NCBI GenBank assembly: GCA_964252035.1
Contig: CAXUOO010000090.1
Length of the DNA stretch: 64,000 nucleotides
Strand: one strand, 5' to 3'
From: Podarcis erhardii
Lineage: Eukaryota
Below the pieces are notes generated by a model that was given only the letters and a program-made list of their open reading frames with translations, did not search any database and was not told the origin of the DNA. Both the position numbers and the translations under genes were made by a program. Below, one piece after another: positions 39,101-51,741 of the stretch (position 1 is the stretch's first letter; every line of letters starts with the position of its first letter).

Positions 39101-42100
39101 GAGTTAACGCACCTTTGTCTTCCCTCCGCAGTGCAAATCATGTCGCGCCTTCCATAAATCTCCCCGCAAAAGGTTTACGTACTGCACCATCCGGGACAAC
39201 CTTTTTTTCAAAAGATTATTTTCCCACTTTAACATCTTAATTTCACTCGTTGCGTCCTCGCGGCCTGCCGCACAATTTCAAATTCCGCTATTAATTTTGA
39301 CAATAGTGCAATCCGACGCTGACATAGTTTCAACAGAGACCATGAAGAGCATAGCTGCCGAACCTGGCTCCACAGCAAACTCACCTCTTTGCTCTTGGTT
39401 ATTATTTACCCCGCTTCCTAGCTGCGTTTCGTCAGTTTTACTATCTGAAGTCCTGTGTTTATTAGTAAGACGTTCTTCTGTGTCACGATCGAATACTGTT
39501 GCCCCCGCGCTATGCGACTTGTCAAAGGGACTATTGTAACTGTGCTCCGCAGAAGCAGCTTTATTGAGAGCTGTGGGCTTTTTAACCTGTGCACATATGG
39601 GAGCTGCATGTACGAAAAGGTGTGGACAACTTCTGCCCCGATGTTAAGCGAAGGGAAAACTCCGTAAGCACAAATGGCACAAAAGAATCTAGACACACTT
39701 ATATCTGGTCGATTATTCTATCTCAGCCGAAAATGCGGGAACAATGTACGGTATGTTGACGACATGACAGGTATGAAGGAATCTGCTTCCAAATACACTA
39801 TGGCAACCACTTTTTCCACGTTCAGGTTTGCATCTAATTCTAAACCCCGAAACGATGCAATGTGTGGAACCCAATCTGGAATGCAACAGGACAAAGCTTG
39901 TTTGTGGTGTTTGAAGTGCTACCTCGTTTATGGCACTGTTGCTTAGCATTCAAGTGGTGTGCAAAGTTGTTTCTTTTTTGCCACTTGTGCATTTCTTTTT
40001 AAATTGCGAGCAAAATAATACTGCATCTGCTCGAGGCCCGCAGGTTTACCTTATCCATAGATTCAGAAGAAATTCTTATAGTTGAGGGCATAGCCGTCTC
40101 CGATCTAGCTTTAGAAAAGACATCTCTTCTGTTCTGTGTTTGTGACTCATCTGTGAAAAAGGAGAATGAGCATGCGCTTTGACAGCGCATGTCCAATGTT
40201 TGACTTCTCGAATAAGGGAATAAGCTGGCACTGAATTTGAGCTCATGACGAAGTTTTTCGTTCTCGTCTAACACGCTGTACATATTGCGATTCTCTTTCG
40301 TCAGTTGCCGTAGTTTCGTTTTCAACTCTCGCAAATCTGTATTCTCCTTTGTGTCCGACTTGCTCTCTTCTGCTGGTTGTCTGCTTTCGCTGCCATTCGA
40401 CTCGCTGCAATAGCGTTCCACGTATTCTATATCTCCCATTTGAGCCTTGATACTGTCAGAAGGGCTTGCATCTGCCTCTGAATAAGCAGGAGATGTCTGA
40501 TCTTTGCAATTCACCGATCCGGGTGAGGCAGATAAAGACCTGCAGATCTCTACCGATCTGTCGCAACAATTGCTTCTCTGTTTTCCGACCAGTTTGCCGT
40601 TGAGCTGTGTTACGCCATCGGGTTGCTCGTCAGTAAATATTGTTTCGCTGCATTCTACGCTAAGAGTTGTTTGAAGAAGATGCACTGCGGTGCCTCCAAA
40701 TACTTTCAAAGAAGGGCATTTTTGAAGAATAAGCTGCAAGAATCCATAATTGTCTACAATTGATGATTGCGACAAAGTCGCTGATTGTGAACTGATTGTG
40801 TCGCATGTCGATACAGTAGTTGAGTTAGGTTTTTCTTCCACGACAAGTTGTAAAAATGGGTTCTCATCCACGTCTAACTCGCGGAGCCCAGGAAGCTTGG
40901 AAAGCTGGTCTAGCATCTGTAATATTTTGCCTTGGAGACAGTTGTGGAAGAGGATGAGCGCTTTGATACCAGTGCAGCTTTCTATTCCTTTGATAGACTG
41001 GATTTGATTGTGAGCTGCCGAGAGTCTCTGTAGAAATTTGCACGAGAAAAGTGCAGAAATGTCTGTCAAATCGTTGAAATTGAGATTGATATCTACGAGA
41101 GTTGGAGCAAGTACGGATAGGGGTTCTACATCCGTCAAATTGTTATGAGATAGTGACAATACTGTTAAACTAGTAAAAGTTCTCCAGTCGCACGCCCCCT
41201 TTCGAACATCGATTGTTGTCAGTTTCATCCCGGAAGCCACTATAATCTGAACCTCTTTACAATCCTCATTGTCAGTAAGCGTAGCTACACATTCGGGGGT
41301 GAGCGCCTTTTCCGGCTGTAAATCACTTTCTTTTAGTAGTTGTGTCCCTTCCGAGGATAACGTATTCTTTTGTTTGCCATCCTGGAAAAGAAGCGAGGAG
41401 CAGTGTCTGGCAGCTCCTGATGAGGAAGAAGAGTGTGGATTATAAGAATTTTTTATACTTTGTGAAAGAAGAGGGCCAGAAGTTTCGACTTTAAATGCAC
41501 TGGTTCTCCCGCTGTGCTGTATCTTTTGTGCAGGTGTGGAACTGCGCAGGATGCCACTAGGATACAGCAAAGGGTCTCCATCATCAACAAGTTGTTGGTC
41601 CGAACAGCTTGTAGTTGACAAACCTGGTCCTAGGATTTTTCCGGTATCTTCGAAAAGATTGAAAGCCTCTTCAACGGACTGCGGCGCATGGCTCGAAATC
41701 TTGGTACACGAGCATGCGCCACAGTTTTCATTTTCGGCACCGTGACTTCCATTGTTGATGCGATCGAAAGAGACTCCGGCATTACAGCAGGACATGTCTT
41801 GGTTGGTGGCATCGCACATTACTGGAGTACTAGTAGGGTTTGGAAAAGGAATTTCCACTTTGCCGAAAGCAGTGATCTTGTTTTTATCTACGTGCTCGTG
41901 GTTACTAGAATTTTTAGAGAAGGGCGAGAAAAATTTGACGTTGTGGTCTTGTTGATCAGTCTCCGCTGATGCTCTGCGACCAGGAAAGCTAAGAAATTGA
42001 GCCACAGGAGATGTGTGCGCAGCTGTTGTTCCGCGATTCCAATAGGCAGGTATTGTGAGAGAATCAGCTGTAGGCTTATTCTTCATGTGTTTGTCTTCCT

Positions 42101-42137
42101 CTACTATACTCATATCGAGGCATCGGGCTGACGCCAT
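36146..42137 (-). CDS. SDS22-type leucine-rich repeat plus short coiled-coil protein, ~1241 aa, 4 exons
   Basis: Exons 42137-40050, 39586-39385, 38376-37799, 37003-36146, GT-AG with matching phases, 3726 nt in total. LRRs: LTVLSLSHNNL, LVDINLNFNDL, LQRLSAAHNQI, IKALILFHNCL, LRELDVDENPF, followed by an LRRcap-like LQLILQKCPSLKVF. Coiled coil: LRELKTKLRQLTKENRNMYSVLDENEKLRHELK. The start codon and exons 2-4 are less certain than exon 1. Confidence 0.8.
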
Positions 42138-43556
42138 TACTAGGAATGATTTTAGTTTAGCTGCATTGAAGCAATAACGTTAGGTCATCACCATTTCTGA
42201 GCACCGACATTTATCCATCACACCTGTGGTAAATGTTGGAGCTGCAGAAGAAGTCTGTATGATATGTAAAAAAGTAAACGTAACAACAGCTGCAGATCTA
42301 CATTTGCGTGTGCGGAGCGCGAAAGCAGTAGGTTTCAAGAACATGTTCTGTCCTTTCTTTGCTTCACACCGCTCAACAACATGCCTGTCAAAAAATGCTC
42401 ATGAGGTGAGCATCTCAGATCTCAAAATACTACGTCGCGTTGTGATGTATAAATGGTCATTCCTACTGCGTGGGGCCCCTCGTATTCTGCTTGTGCAAAA
42501 CTATTGTCAATGGCTGCGACTGCGATTACATAAAGCATAATAAAGCCACGTTCTTTGAAAAACGTAAAGTATAAGCAGCGTGATCTTCTCGTGCCAGAGC
42601 GCCTCAAGTGTTATATGCGAATGTAGGAGTTTGAAGCAAAAAAAGTTTCATATAACGTATTCGACAGCCACCTGTTATCATAGAAGGCCAAATATGCTGT
42701 ACAGCTTGCCGGCAGCAATCAGACCCAAAGTATGTGCAGCCTACCGACATGTGGAACTGCTGCAACGTCGTCAGAGCCCCGCGCCCAACAAGAGCGTGAA
42801 GGAGGATGGATCTCGCTAAGTTTATAGGTACAATTTAAAGTCATCGAGCGTCAAATCTCCTCCAAATTTCGTTCAGCTGATTTTTACATAGCGAGTGGCA
42901 CACAGATCTGGTACAGGGTTTATAATTCTAAAGCAGTCTCAGTAATTGTGTTCAAGTTATCAAGACGGGCAACAGCTTGTCAACGCCGCACTCACCAAAC
43001 AATCAGAAATTTATGGGGAAATCAATCATGCCCGTTTCTTTAGCTCCCAAGAAACGTTATCAGCCGTCAAGTAATACTTGTCAGGCTGCTGTGGTACTCT
43101 CTGATCACATCTCATTCTTTGTGGTGACTTCTGTTGACAAAGCAAATCTATAGTTCACGAGATAGTATGCCAGGCCGCTTTTTCTCAACAGAACTTTGAA
43201 AAAAAACTCGTTTCTCTGTTTAGGGTAGCTGGAGCGCGAAATGTACCACTCGAACAAGTTAATCGATCACTCCAGTCAGAATCAGGGATCGTATTCAAGA
43301 ATATAGGTTACTGATGAAATTCTGAGCAACGACACGTTAAGTTTTCCTGGCTCCATGTACCAAGCACCCTTTCCTCAGTGCCGCTACTATCCGCAGCATG
43401 TAGCGCACAGAGGCTGAAAATTAGAACATGCATAATGAACCTTGAGATGAATCGCACGCAATCGCCGTCATCAGTGAAGTTTGTCGAACATCGGTTCATT
43501 TGCGGTGTTTTTTAAAGCGGATAAATTTGAATAGAGCTGAACACCATGTTCTGTGA

Positions 43557-46500
43557 TCATGAAAGTGTTTTGGGGACAAATTCCAAGTCTTCAATGGCTG
43601 CACCGTCTGCGGCCATGCAGCCTGCAAACTGTTCTAAAGCAGAAGCGTGCATTTGCTGAATATACAAGTTTGAAAAGCAAACAGAAAAGCTAGCTCGTTT
43701 CAGTAGGATACAGGGGGTTTTTTCACCGTATGCTGCTGACGAAATTGGGAAGTAGTGTATGTGGCATTTTCGGACGGAGTTGCACATTCACTAAGGGCTA
43801 GAGTACACCGCCCGGCTTGTAGATGAAATCAAGACTGTGGCGTACATCATGAGTCGTAAGCTCATTTGCAGACAGCACAAGCAGCGAAGCAAAGCTGTGT
43901 GATGAATAGGGATTATTTAAAGTACCAGTGATCATGGAACTCTGTGACGCGTACCTTTATTGTTTGTATCTCTTTTTTTATTTCCGCTGTCACAGCATCC
44001 TGTGCATGGATTAGAGCGTCAACTTTTTGAGAAAGTCCCGAAAGGTGCTCGGTTTCAGGGCGCTCCTGAATTTTCAGTTCTTCGATCTAACACCAATACG
44101 CATAGCAATCATGGGAGTTATTTTTTGCTGCCATCGTTCAATCCGCCTTGAAGAAAAAATGTAGAGGTCCAGTATGTTGACAACTCGACAGCTGCATAAT
44201 AAGTTCTAATAAACGGTTTATGTACCACCGCAAAACTTCTCAGCGTCTGCAATCGATAGTGGGCCGTCGTAAATACGAATACCCGTAACATTCTGTCCGC
44301 GTAATGTAGGGAGTGCGATTTCGTGGATAATGTCTTCTTCGATTTAATAAGAGTGTGCAGCACACCTCGCATCATTTTGCCGGTCCGATTTGCTTACTTG
44401 TGCAATAGCAACAGCCTCAGCGTCCTGCAGGGCCTCAATTTTTTTTTCGAGAATTAAAGCCTGTCAGAATATTATGAAAAAGTACATTTGAGAGGTGACT
44501 TCAGAGTCAAATTCGAAAAGCGAGTTTAGAACCTATATACCTCTGCATTCTATGTCGTCTACCAGATTTTTTGCAAGGTGCATGGAATCTGAGGCACAAT
44601 TGAAGGTTGAAGGCCACACAGTGAAGCCCGCAAGCCATTGAATGTGCAACCCTATCATCTCGTCGCTTGCATTTCTCGTCTTCCAAGCTTGAAACAAAGT
44701 CGATTTTGACAAACTTTTCAGTTTTTTTTTTTGTCTTAGTCAGTAACCGGCGTTGAGAAAGTAGGGGCAATTTTCGTACCTTCAAACTGGCTTTCTGCTG
44801 AAGATCGTAGACTGCAGTTTGGTATCGGTGCTGCAGCTCGTTTTTATTCTTTTGAAGTATTGCTGTTTGCTGCTTAAGTATTTCTGCTTGGTGCTCGATT
44901 CGCTGTAAGGTTGCAGTCTGCTCAATCAGCTTTTGCTTCGCCTCCGCCAATCTCATTTTTTCTCCCTCGTAAAGTTGGAGCTCTTCTTGAAAATTGTCAG
45001 TTTCCTGTGTAGTCTGCTTGAGAGGTTCTATGGGTATGGTAACAATAGAGTCGCAACAAATTTTGTTCCAAGGCGCGCTTGAGATAGTACGCTAACGGGA
45101 GAAATCAAGATTGAACATCACCGAACTGTGACGTCACCTTCAGTATGTAGAGGTCCACTGCAAAGTAGCTCAACACTAAAATATCGGGGATTGATGCCGT
45201 GTCCAGAAGGCGTTGCTTCATGATTGAATCTATATGTGACGGCCCAAAACCGGGTCCGAAATTTTTTCTAAGGCTGATTTGTATCCAAATCGGCGTGTTT
45301 TCGCAGATCGTTTCGTTCGTGCATGACTAACTAACTAACCACAGACGGACACTCACCGACAAGTCCTTTGTTTTTTGCTGTCAGCTCTGCCAGCCTCTTC
45401 TCTTCACGAACCTCCTCCAGTTTTAAGGCAGCGTGTTCACTCTAAAAGAGTTAAGAGGAATTTCACAAGGTTAAGCTTGTGTGCCAGTAGTTTGAGGTAC
45501 CCCAGACACGTCAGCGTACCAATTTGTGTTCTAATCAGCGTACACTGTCGCGTACCTTCAAGCATTTAATAAGCTCAAGGTTAGAGGTCGCTATGTCGCC
45601 ATAATAACGTTTGATCGCTTGCGCTCTTTTTGTGTTCTGAGACTGCACCATGCTGAAGCGCACAAATTACTCATGCGTCGTCTGCACCTCAACGTCAACA
45701 CAGGGCAGCTCAAATGTCTAAAAGAAGATCTCACCACATTTTACTATTTATGCATGTGCCACTGTTCCTAGAATGGAAAAGAGGTTCCTTTCCGGGCCGA
45801 ATATGCGGTTTGTGCAGTCGACTTGCGCGTTTATTGAGGAGTATGGGGTGCTCGCCAACTTTAAAACGATCAACAAAAGAAAAGGGGTTTTTTTCTACGT
45901 ATGCTATTTCCTGCAGGAGCATGACAGTCCCTGACAAAGGCCTCCACGCGTCGAGTGATTCCACGTTGTTATTTGTCGGCTTACAGAACGTGATTATTTT
46001 TGCTTTCTTCGAGATTTGCAATTACTTGTGTACGTCGTTTCTGCATGTCTTCTCTGAGCTGGAAGGACGTGACCACATAGCAGCAGCCGGCTCAATTTTT
46101 ACCAAAGCACCGTGATTGCACTTCAGCTGCATTTCCGGATGTTGCGCTGATCCTTACACCGCGGCTAGCAATTATCTACGTTCATCCACATCAATATACT
46201 TAAAAGAAAGCTTAATGAAGTTTGGTCTGAAAAGTTAGTGCAGTTTTTCGGATTTCAATGAAGCATACATTTTCAAGTCGAAGCTTCCACTTTTGGTGAA
46301 GATCTCGAGCGCTTCTTTGAAACTCGTTGCGTAGCTCAAGAACTCTCTCATCTTGTAAAAGTCCCAGTTGAAGAATGAGCTGTTCATGAGCGATATGCGC
46401 CTCTGTATTTGCAGCCAGCTTACTTCTTTCCACGCTTTTATTGTGTTGTTCCTTCTCTCTGTGCAAGTGGTAGTGTAAAGGCGGATTTGTACATCGTTAT

Positions 46501-47585
46501 GAACGCTCAAGCAGTTTACGCAGCGATATATAGTGGCAGTGGCAGCGCATCACCTTCAGCACTTGAAATTACCTGTGAATGTCTTCACGCAGCTTCAACG
46601 CAGCCTCCGCATTGATCTTCAGTCTCGCGGCTTCTTCTGTTTGCTCCGCTAGCAGCTGCTTAATTCGAAGCTTGCAAAGTCTGCGTTGCATTGAGTGACC
46701 TTCTAGCTCGTCTTGGAATTCCTTTTCCTTCTTACGCAACAAATCCTTTTTTGTCTGCATGCTCAAGGTAAATCAAGAGTGCTTGTGTCCCATTTTGTTG
46801 GGGCATATACCCTCGTATCAGCGGAGGGGACGCGCGCAGCTAAATGTTTTGTCAAAAAAAACAGATCGTGCTAACTTTTTTTTAAGCTCATTCTTGAAGG
46901 ATGCGACAAATCCAGCCCCTTTATTATCCTATAAAATATATCAATTTTGCGTCCAAACATTGTGACCCGTCGACCGCTACAGCAGACTACCTCCAGGTGC
47001 GGTGTCAAATGCAGCTTACAAACGCACCGATTCCAACACTTACAATCGGCAGAATGCTTTACTGACCTCAGCAGCATTCTGCTCCAGTGTTCGTAAATTT
47101 TGAATTTGCTCTTTTTCGGCCTCTAAATCCTTGCGAAGCTTTTCTTCTGCTTCGCACTTTGATTTCAGAGACCTGATCTGCAGGTTCGAGTAATCAAAGC
47201 AACAAAAAAAATAGTACATCAACCGTTTGAACTGCGAACTTTGGGAGAAACAGCAACGCTGCACAGTTTGCTGCGACACGACTAAGTTGTGATAAAAAAC
47301 AACACTATATTTCTTATTTTATTTTTTTATGACACGTTAATTAATTTTCTCCTTAGTTGTGTTTCTTTCCCAATACTGAGGACCCATCAGGGTGGCAGAG
47401 CAGAGTCCACAAATCAGATATGTTAGAAGGCCGTTGAGCAGGTGATATGCTCGCTATTATACCTCTTCCAAAAGTCGTTTTTTTTCCACTTCTTCATCGA
47501 ATTCCGGGGATGAAGCTTCCGCTCCAGAACCCTTCTTCCGAGAAGTTGCTTCCGAAATGCCTGCCTTTTTTCTCTTGGGCGGCAT
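43557..47585 (-). CDS. GAS8: Growth arrest-specific 8 / dynein regulatory complex subunit 4 (DRC4, trypanin family), 467 aa, 11 exons
   Basis: Exons 47585-47463, 47177-47067, 46754-46573, 46458-46269, 46058-45985, 45652-45556, 45441-45357, 45027-44780, 44460-44398, 44086-43955, 43655-43557. All GT-AG, phases consistent, 1404 nt. Colinear with GAS8: MPPKRKK start; IKRYYGDIATSNLELIKCLK (cf. [20 protein letters not shown]); VYDLQQKASLKALILEKKIEAL (cf. IQEVQQKTGFKNLVLERKLQAL); C-terminal AAIEDLEFVP (cf. IPLDNVGFKP). Confidence 0.92.
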
Positions 47586-49312
47586 TGGTGCAATGCTTGC
47601 TCAAAGGCAGCTCAATATATCTTCGAAAGCTGACCTTTCTGTTCTGGGCGGCCTTCTTTATACCCTGAACTTCTTCATTTACAGTTGATCAATGGTAGCA
47701 GTAAAAGCTAGTCGAGCTTAGTAAGGTTTTTGAATTCTCTACCCACTCTTGCTTTTATCTGTGGAAGAAGTAGTGACTTTATAGGATATAATAGAAATGG
47801 CTCAGTAGATTAGGAAAAAGAAGTGTTTTTTTATGATTTTCCAGTTGTTCAAGCAGCTATGGCAAGCAGAATTACAGGCAACTAGAACTGCCCGTTAACG
47901 GAAAACTACTGAGAATATATAGGCCAGTTGCATATTTTCAATTTGGGAATGCTTTCAATGCATTTGAGCTCCTGGAAATGTTCAGTTAACAGCATCGAAT
48001 TAAGTCCCTGAACCACTACACTGATTGTGGGAATTGCTGTATACAGAATTCGTGGATGGAGATGGCGAAACCTTGCTGTGCGATCTGTCTGCTGATGGCT
48101 AGAGCTTTATAAAATAGCTTCTGCTTTGCACATACTATATAACCATGCCTAGGTTCAAATTAGTCGTGAGGAAAGGTCTGAACGGACTTGGCTTAACCTA
48201 TGTCATCTTGTGTCGAAAGGTTGTAGACCACGAAGTGACTCTCTACACGTTTTTATGTTTCTATAGTTCTTCACGGAATATCTCCTCAATTTGAAAATGT
48301 GCAGCAGTTAATTTGGCGTATGGTCGTATACTCATACTGAGATCTGAAGGACATTATTTTCTTGGTCTGCACGTGTATAGTTACGAGCGCCATGCATACT
48401 AAAATTAGCCAGTTTTGCTTTGAGTTTCTACTTTGCAGCCAACTTCCTTCAGAAGGCTTCAAATCCCGCCGCTACGGTGTCGGGGCCCCGCAGGTCCAGT
48501 CAAACATAAGTTATGTACGGCATTTTATATGGACCAGCTCTTGCAAATTTCGGTTAGAAAGCTTGAAATAAAAGCTTTCATATGGCGCACACTGCAGCTG
48601 TCAAAACTGTTACAAAACGAACCATTCATCGACTGTGCACTGCACCTACAAAAGATTTGACTTTCATGACAGGTAGTGCCGGCGCATGGCGTCTAATTTT
48701 AAAAATTAGCAGTGGCTTTAACGGTGAGCCTTGCGTCCGTTTGATAATGTCATGTAAGTAGTTCTTCTAATATAACTAATCTTTTTCGAATGTCAATATT
48801 TTGGGGTTTTTCTAGCTTATCATTGGTATTGACGGCACTCTGCTGCTGACTGGTAGTGCCAGCAGTTATGCGTTTCTTAAAAAGCAAGTCCCACATACCT
48901 TGGGAAAACATCCGATAGTGCACACGGATGTAGCGAGCAGAAGTCTGCAATTATATACAAAGAATCGCTCACCGTACGCACCGGAAAAACCAGAGAATGC
49001 CAAACAGCATGCAGCCACTCCATTTGTAATGCCAAAGTTAGCCGCCCAGGATTTAGGTACCGAAAAAAAGCTAAAATAGCGGACCGCCCTTACAAATAAT
49101 GTGCTTCTTTCGCTTTCGGTTTATTTATTGGTTCTATCAAAACGACACAGTACTTCTAGCTAGTGACACCGGTCTTTCATTGAAAAGAGGAGCTTGTCTT
49201 TCACTGTAACGACTAAAACTGAGCCATCGTACAAGGAGAAGTTAAACATATATTTATATATATATACATATACTTATTTATATATAAATATACATATATT
49301 GCCTCCAAGGCG

Positions 49313-50011
49313 ATGGAGAGAGTAGGGCCGCAGCCGGCTGGCGAAAATGAAGTATTCAATGATAAGGATGCCAACTGTCCGTATGAAGGTTTATTCAAGG
49401 GATTCGGCCTGAGCGGCAAACCAGACCCACCACTATCGCACACGATGGTACGGGTGAATCCGCAGCACAACAAATCCACGTTGTTTTTCGGCGAAGAAAA
49501 GTCACCTCGAGAACGATTCGAGTTTGCTGAACAACAGCGCCATCAAAAGCCCTTTGAACCTTCATTTTACATTGAGCAAGCAGCTGCCGCAAATAAGCAT
49601 GTTGACAGGAACAAGAGTAGTATAGTAATGGGAGATGACGGACCACCTTTTGTGTACCCGGAGCATAAGGAGCATCTGTGGACGGCACAGACAACGGTAG
49701 ATCCGCACCATGCGCGACACACTCATAATCAACACAACAAATCATCGCTGGTGTTTGGGGATGCCACCGATTCAGAGCGCTATGCGTATGCCCAAGAACG
49801 TCGGGGTCAGGGGACTTTTGGCCAGAGAGGGCAAGAAGAGTTGCTGTTTGCAGCAGTTGCAGAGAAGGAGAAACAAATGGTCAACAGAAACAGAAGAAAC
49901 GACTCAACTTTCGTCTTTGGCACAGAAGTAGCTGACGTGCCTTCGGGGACACTGAAAAACTACTCCACACAATGCAGTAAGAAGGCCGATAGCACCGTCA
50001 TTTACCTTTGA
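49313..50011 (+). CDS. Uncharacterised 232 aa protein with four N[KD]S[ST]xxxG repeats; C-terminus may instead be spliced to end at 50116
   Basis: Clean ORF with ATG and no repeat artefact. Motifs NKSTLFFG, NKSSIVMG, NKSSLVFG, NDSTFVFG at aa 53, 100, 142 and 196. Internal repetition supports a real protein. Confidence 0.8.
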   Translation: MERVGPQPAGENEVFNDKDANCPYEGLFKGFGLSGKPDPPLSHTMVRVNPQHNKSTLFFGEEKSPRERFEFAEQQRHQKPFEPSFYIEQAAAANKHVDRNKSSIVMGDDGPPFVYPEHKEHLWTAQTTVDPHHARHTHNQHNKSSLVFGDATDSERYAYAQERRGQGTFGQRGQEELLFAAVAEKEKQMVNRNRRNDSTFVFGTEVADVPSGTLKNYSTQCSKKADSTVIYL

Positions 50012-51741
50012 GTTTCCAGATGTAGTGAAGACTTAGCTGACGTACCACCGGTACCACAAGGCGCAGCGCTCTCATGGCCAGCCTCCCTCGAACGTTGCAT
50101 GAGTCGAAGTTGGTGATTCAGTGCATAGTGCTGAACTGTGTAAATCACAGTGGTTAAATATCTTTTATGTAATGTAAGCTGATTGAAAGAATATGATGAG
50201 CTGCAGACGGTATAGTCAAGCGTAAATACGTGCCTCTTTTAACGTGAGGTCACCTTTCACACGAGCTCATCCTCATTTCTAAATGTAGCTGTTTGTTAAA
50301 TAATGTATGTACATGATTCCACTTGCCTTGGCAAATGCAAGTGAAGACGCTTCACCTCTTCTTAAAGTAGACAAATGATCAAGCAGCTTTCCACTCTTCT
50401 GTCGCTTCAAATTTCCAGCTTCAACATTTGTATTAGCTGCATATTGCTCAATCTAGGTTTATTTGGTATATATTTTCATGATACCAAATTCTTCAAGGTT
50501 CATGTAACCCTTTATACACATATGGATATGACGCTTCCCGTTACCCCCGTCCTACAGGATTTGACTGTCGTTTTCAGAATTTTTTTTTTGCAACTGCACT
50601 CGTGTGAAATTACTTCCCGTATCTTATTCGGTGCTTAAGAGCCCAGTAGTATCTATAACTAGTTGTAGTTCAAGATGTCGACGAGATGCATCTAACTTTA
50701 TCATTTCGCAGATCTGCGGACGTCAAAACAAGGTGGAGTTTAAAGAAGCAGGAGTAGGTACGGGAGATATTTTATTTTTTGACAGGTGTTAGCCTCTCAC
50801 AGAACTTCCAGCGGAATTGACATTTGAGTTTTCTAGGAAACTGGTAAGTTCTCGTGTACAGTTATTATCAAGTCAATTGCTGATGCCTTTTCGCATTTTT
50901 CGCATCTCAGGTCTGTCGACTCCTACTTTTTCCACCTTTTCAATGCAGAATTGAACGAACAACTCAGCATCTACCTGTAAAACTTGAGAACAAAGGTGGG
51001 AAACGATATCTGTGGATTTTTGTTTACGTCCAATCATTATAGGGCAAATATTTCTGTATTTCCTGCACGCTGCGCCAATCATTTTTATCAATTTGTCTCA
51101 ACACCCACCTAGGTATGGACAATCAGACAATTGTGCAACCCAGATATTGTGCACTTTTGTTTTGTGAGTTCCACATTATAAGTGCAACTATTGAAAGGTT
51201 TTAATTGCAACTTCAATATCGCATTAACATCGGTAGCTTTAAAAGAAGCTATCAGTACCTCGATTGACACATGAGCCCTCCCTGCCGTCTACGTCTCCAT
51301 CAACTTCATGGATCCCGTAATCTCTATATAACACAGTACACAATTTTGCGCTCAACTGATGCGCGACAAAGAATTCTATGAGTAAACAAAGCAGCTAAAG
51401 CTATTCTGATATAAATGTATGCGATCGCTCTGTTTATTCGTTTTTTCGCTGAATTCTCGCTGTTTTTATAATGTAGGATATCTCCGAGCATCTGTGAAAG
51501 CGGGAACAGCTTACGCAAACATTGTCCGCGTGCAATAGTTATACCTACTGTGTACAAAAGTACGTCTTCTACGTACATACGCATAATCAAGTCTCTTCAA
51601 AGCAAACAGATGTAACATATTCAACATCGTGTACATACTGGGCAGTTCGTTTGTGAATACGTGAAATTTGGCTGGAAACTTTTATTAAAATATACTGAGG
51701 AAAAGAACGCGTTCAAAAATTTGCAAATATGAGTGTAGCCG

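Noticed and set aside
45326-45340. CTAACTAACTAAC, branch-point-like triplet
   Set aside because: It is on the strand opposite to GAS8 transcription.
49936-49952. GTGCCTTCGGGGACA resembling the U6 snRNA 5' stem
   Set aside because: Lies inside an ORF and lacks the downstream ACAGAGA box.
50712-51164. Plus-strand micro-exon chain ICGRQNKVEFKEAGV/ELPAELTFEFSRKL/VWTIRQLCNPDIVHFCF
   Set aside because: Needs a 45-nt intron, has no start or end exon and no recognisable homology.
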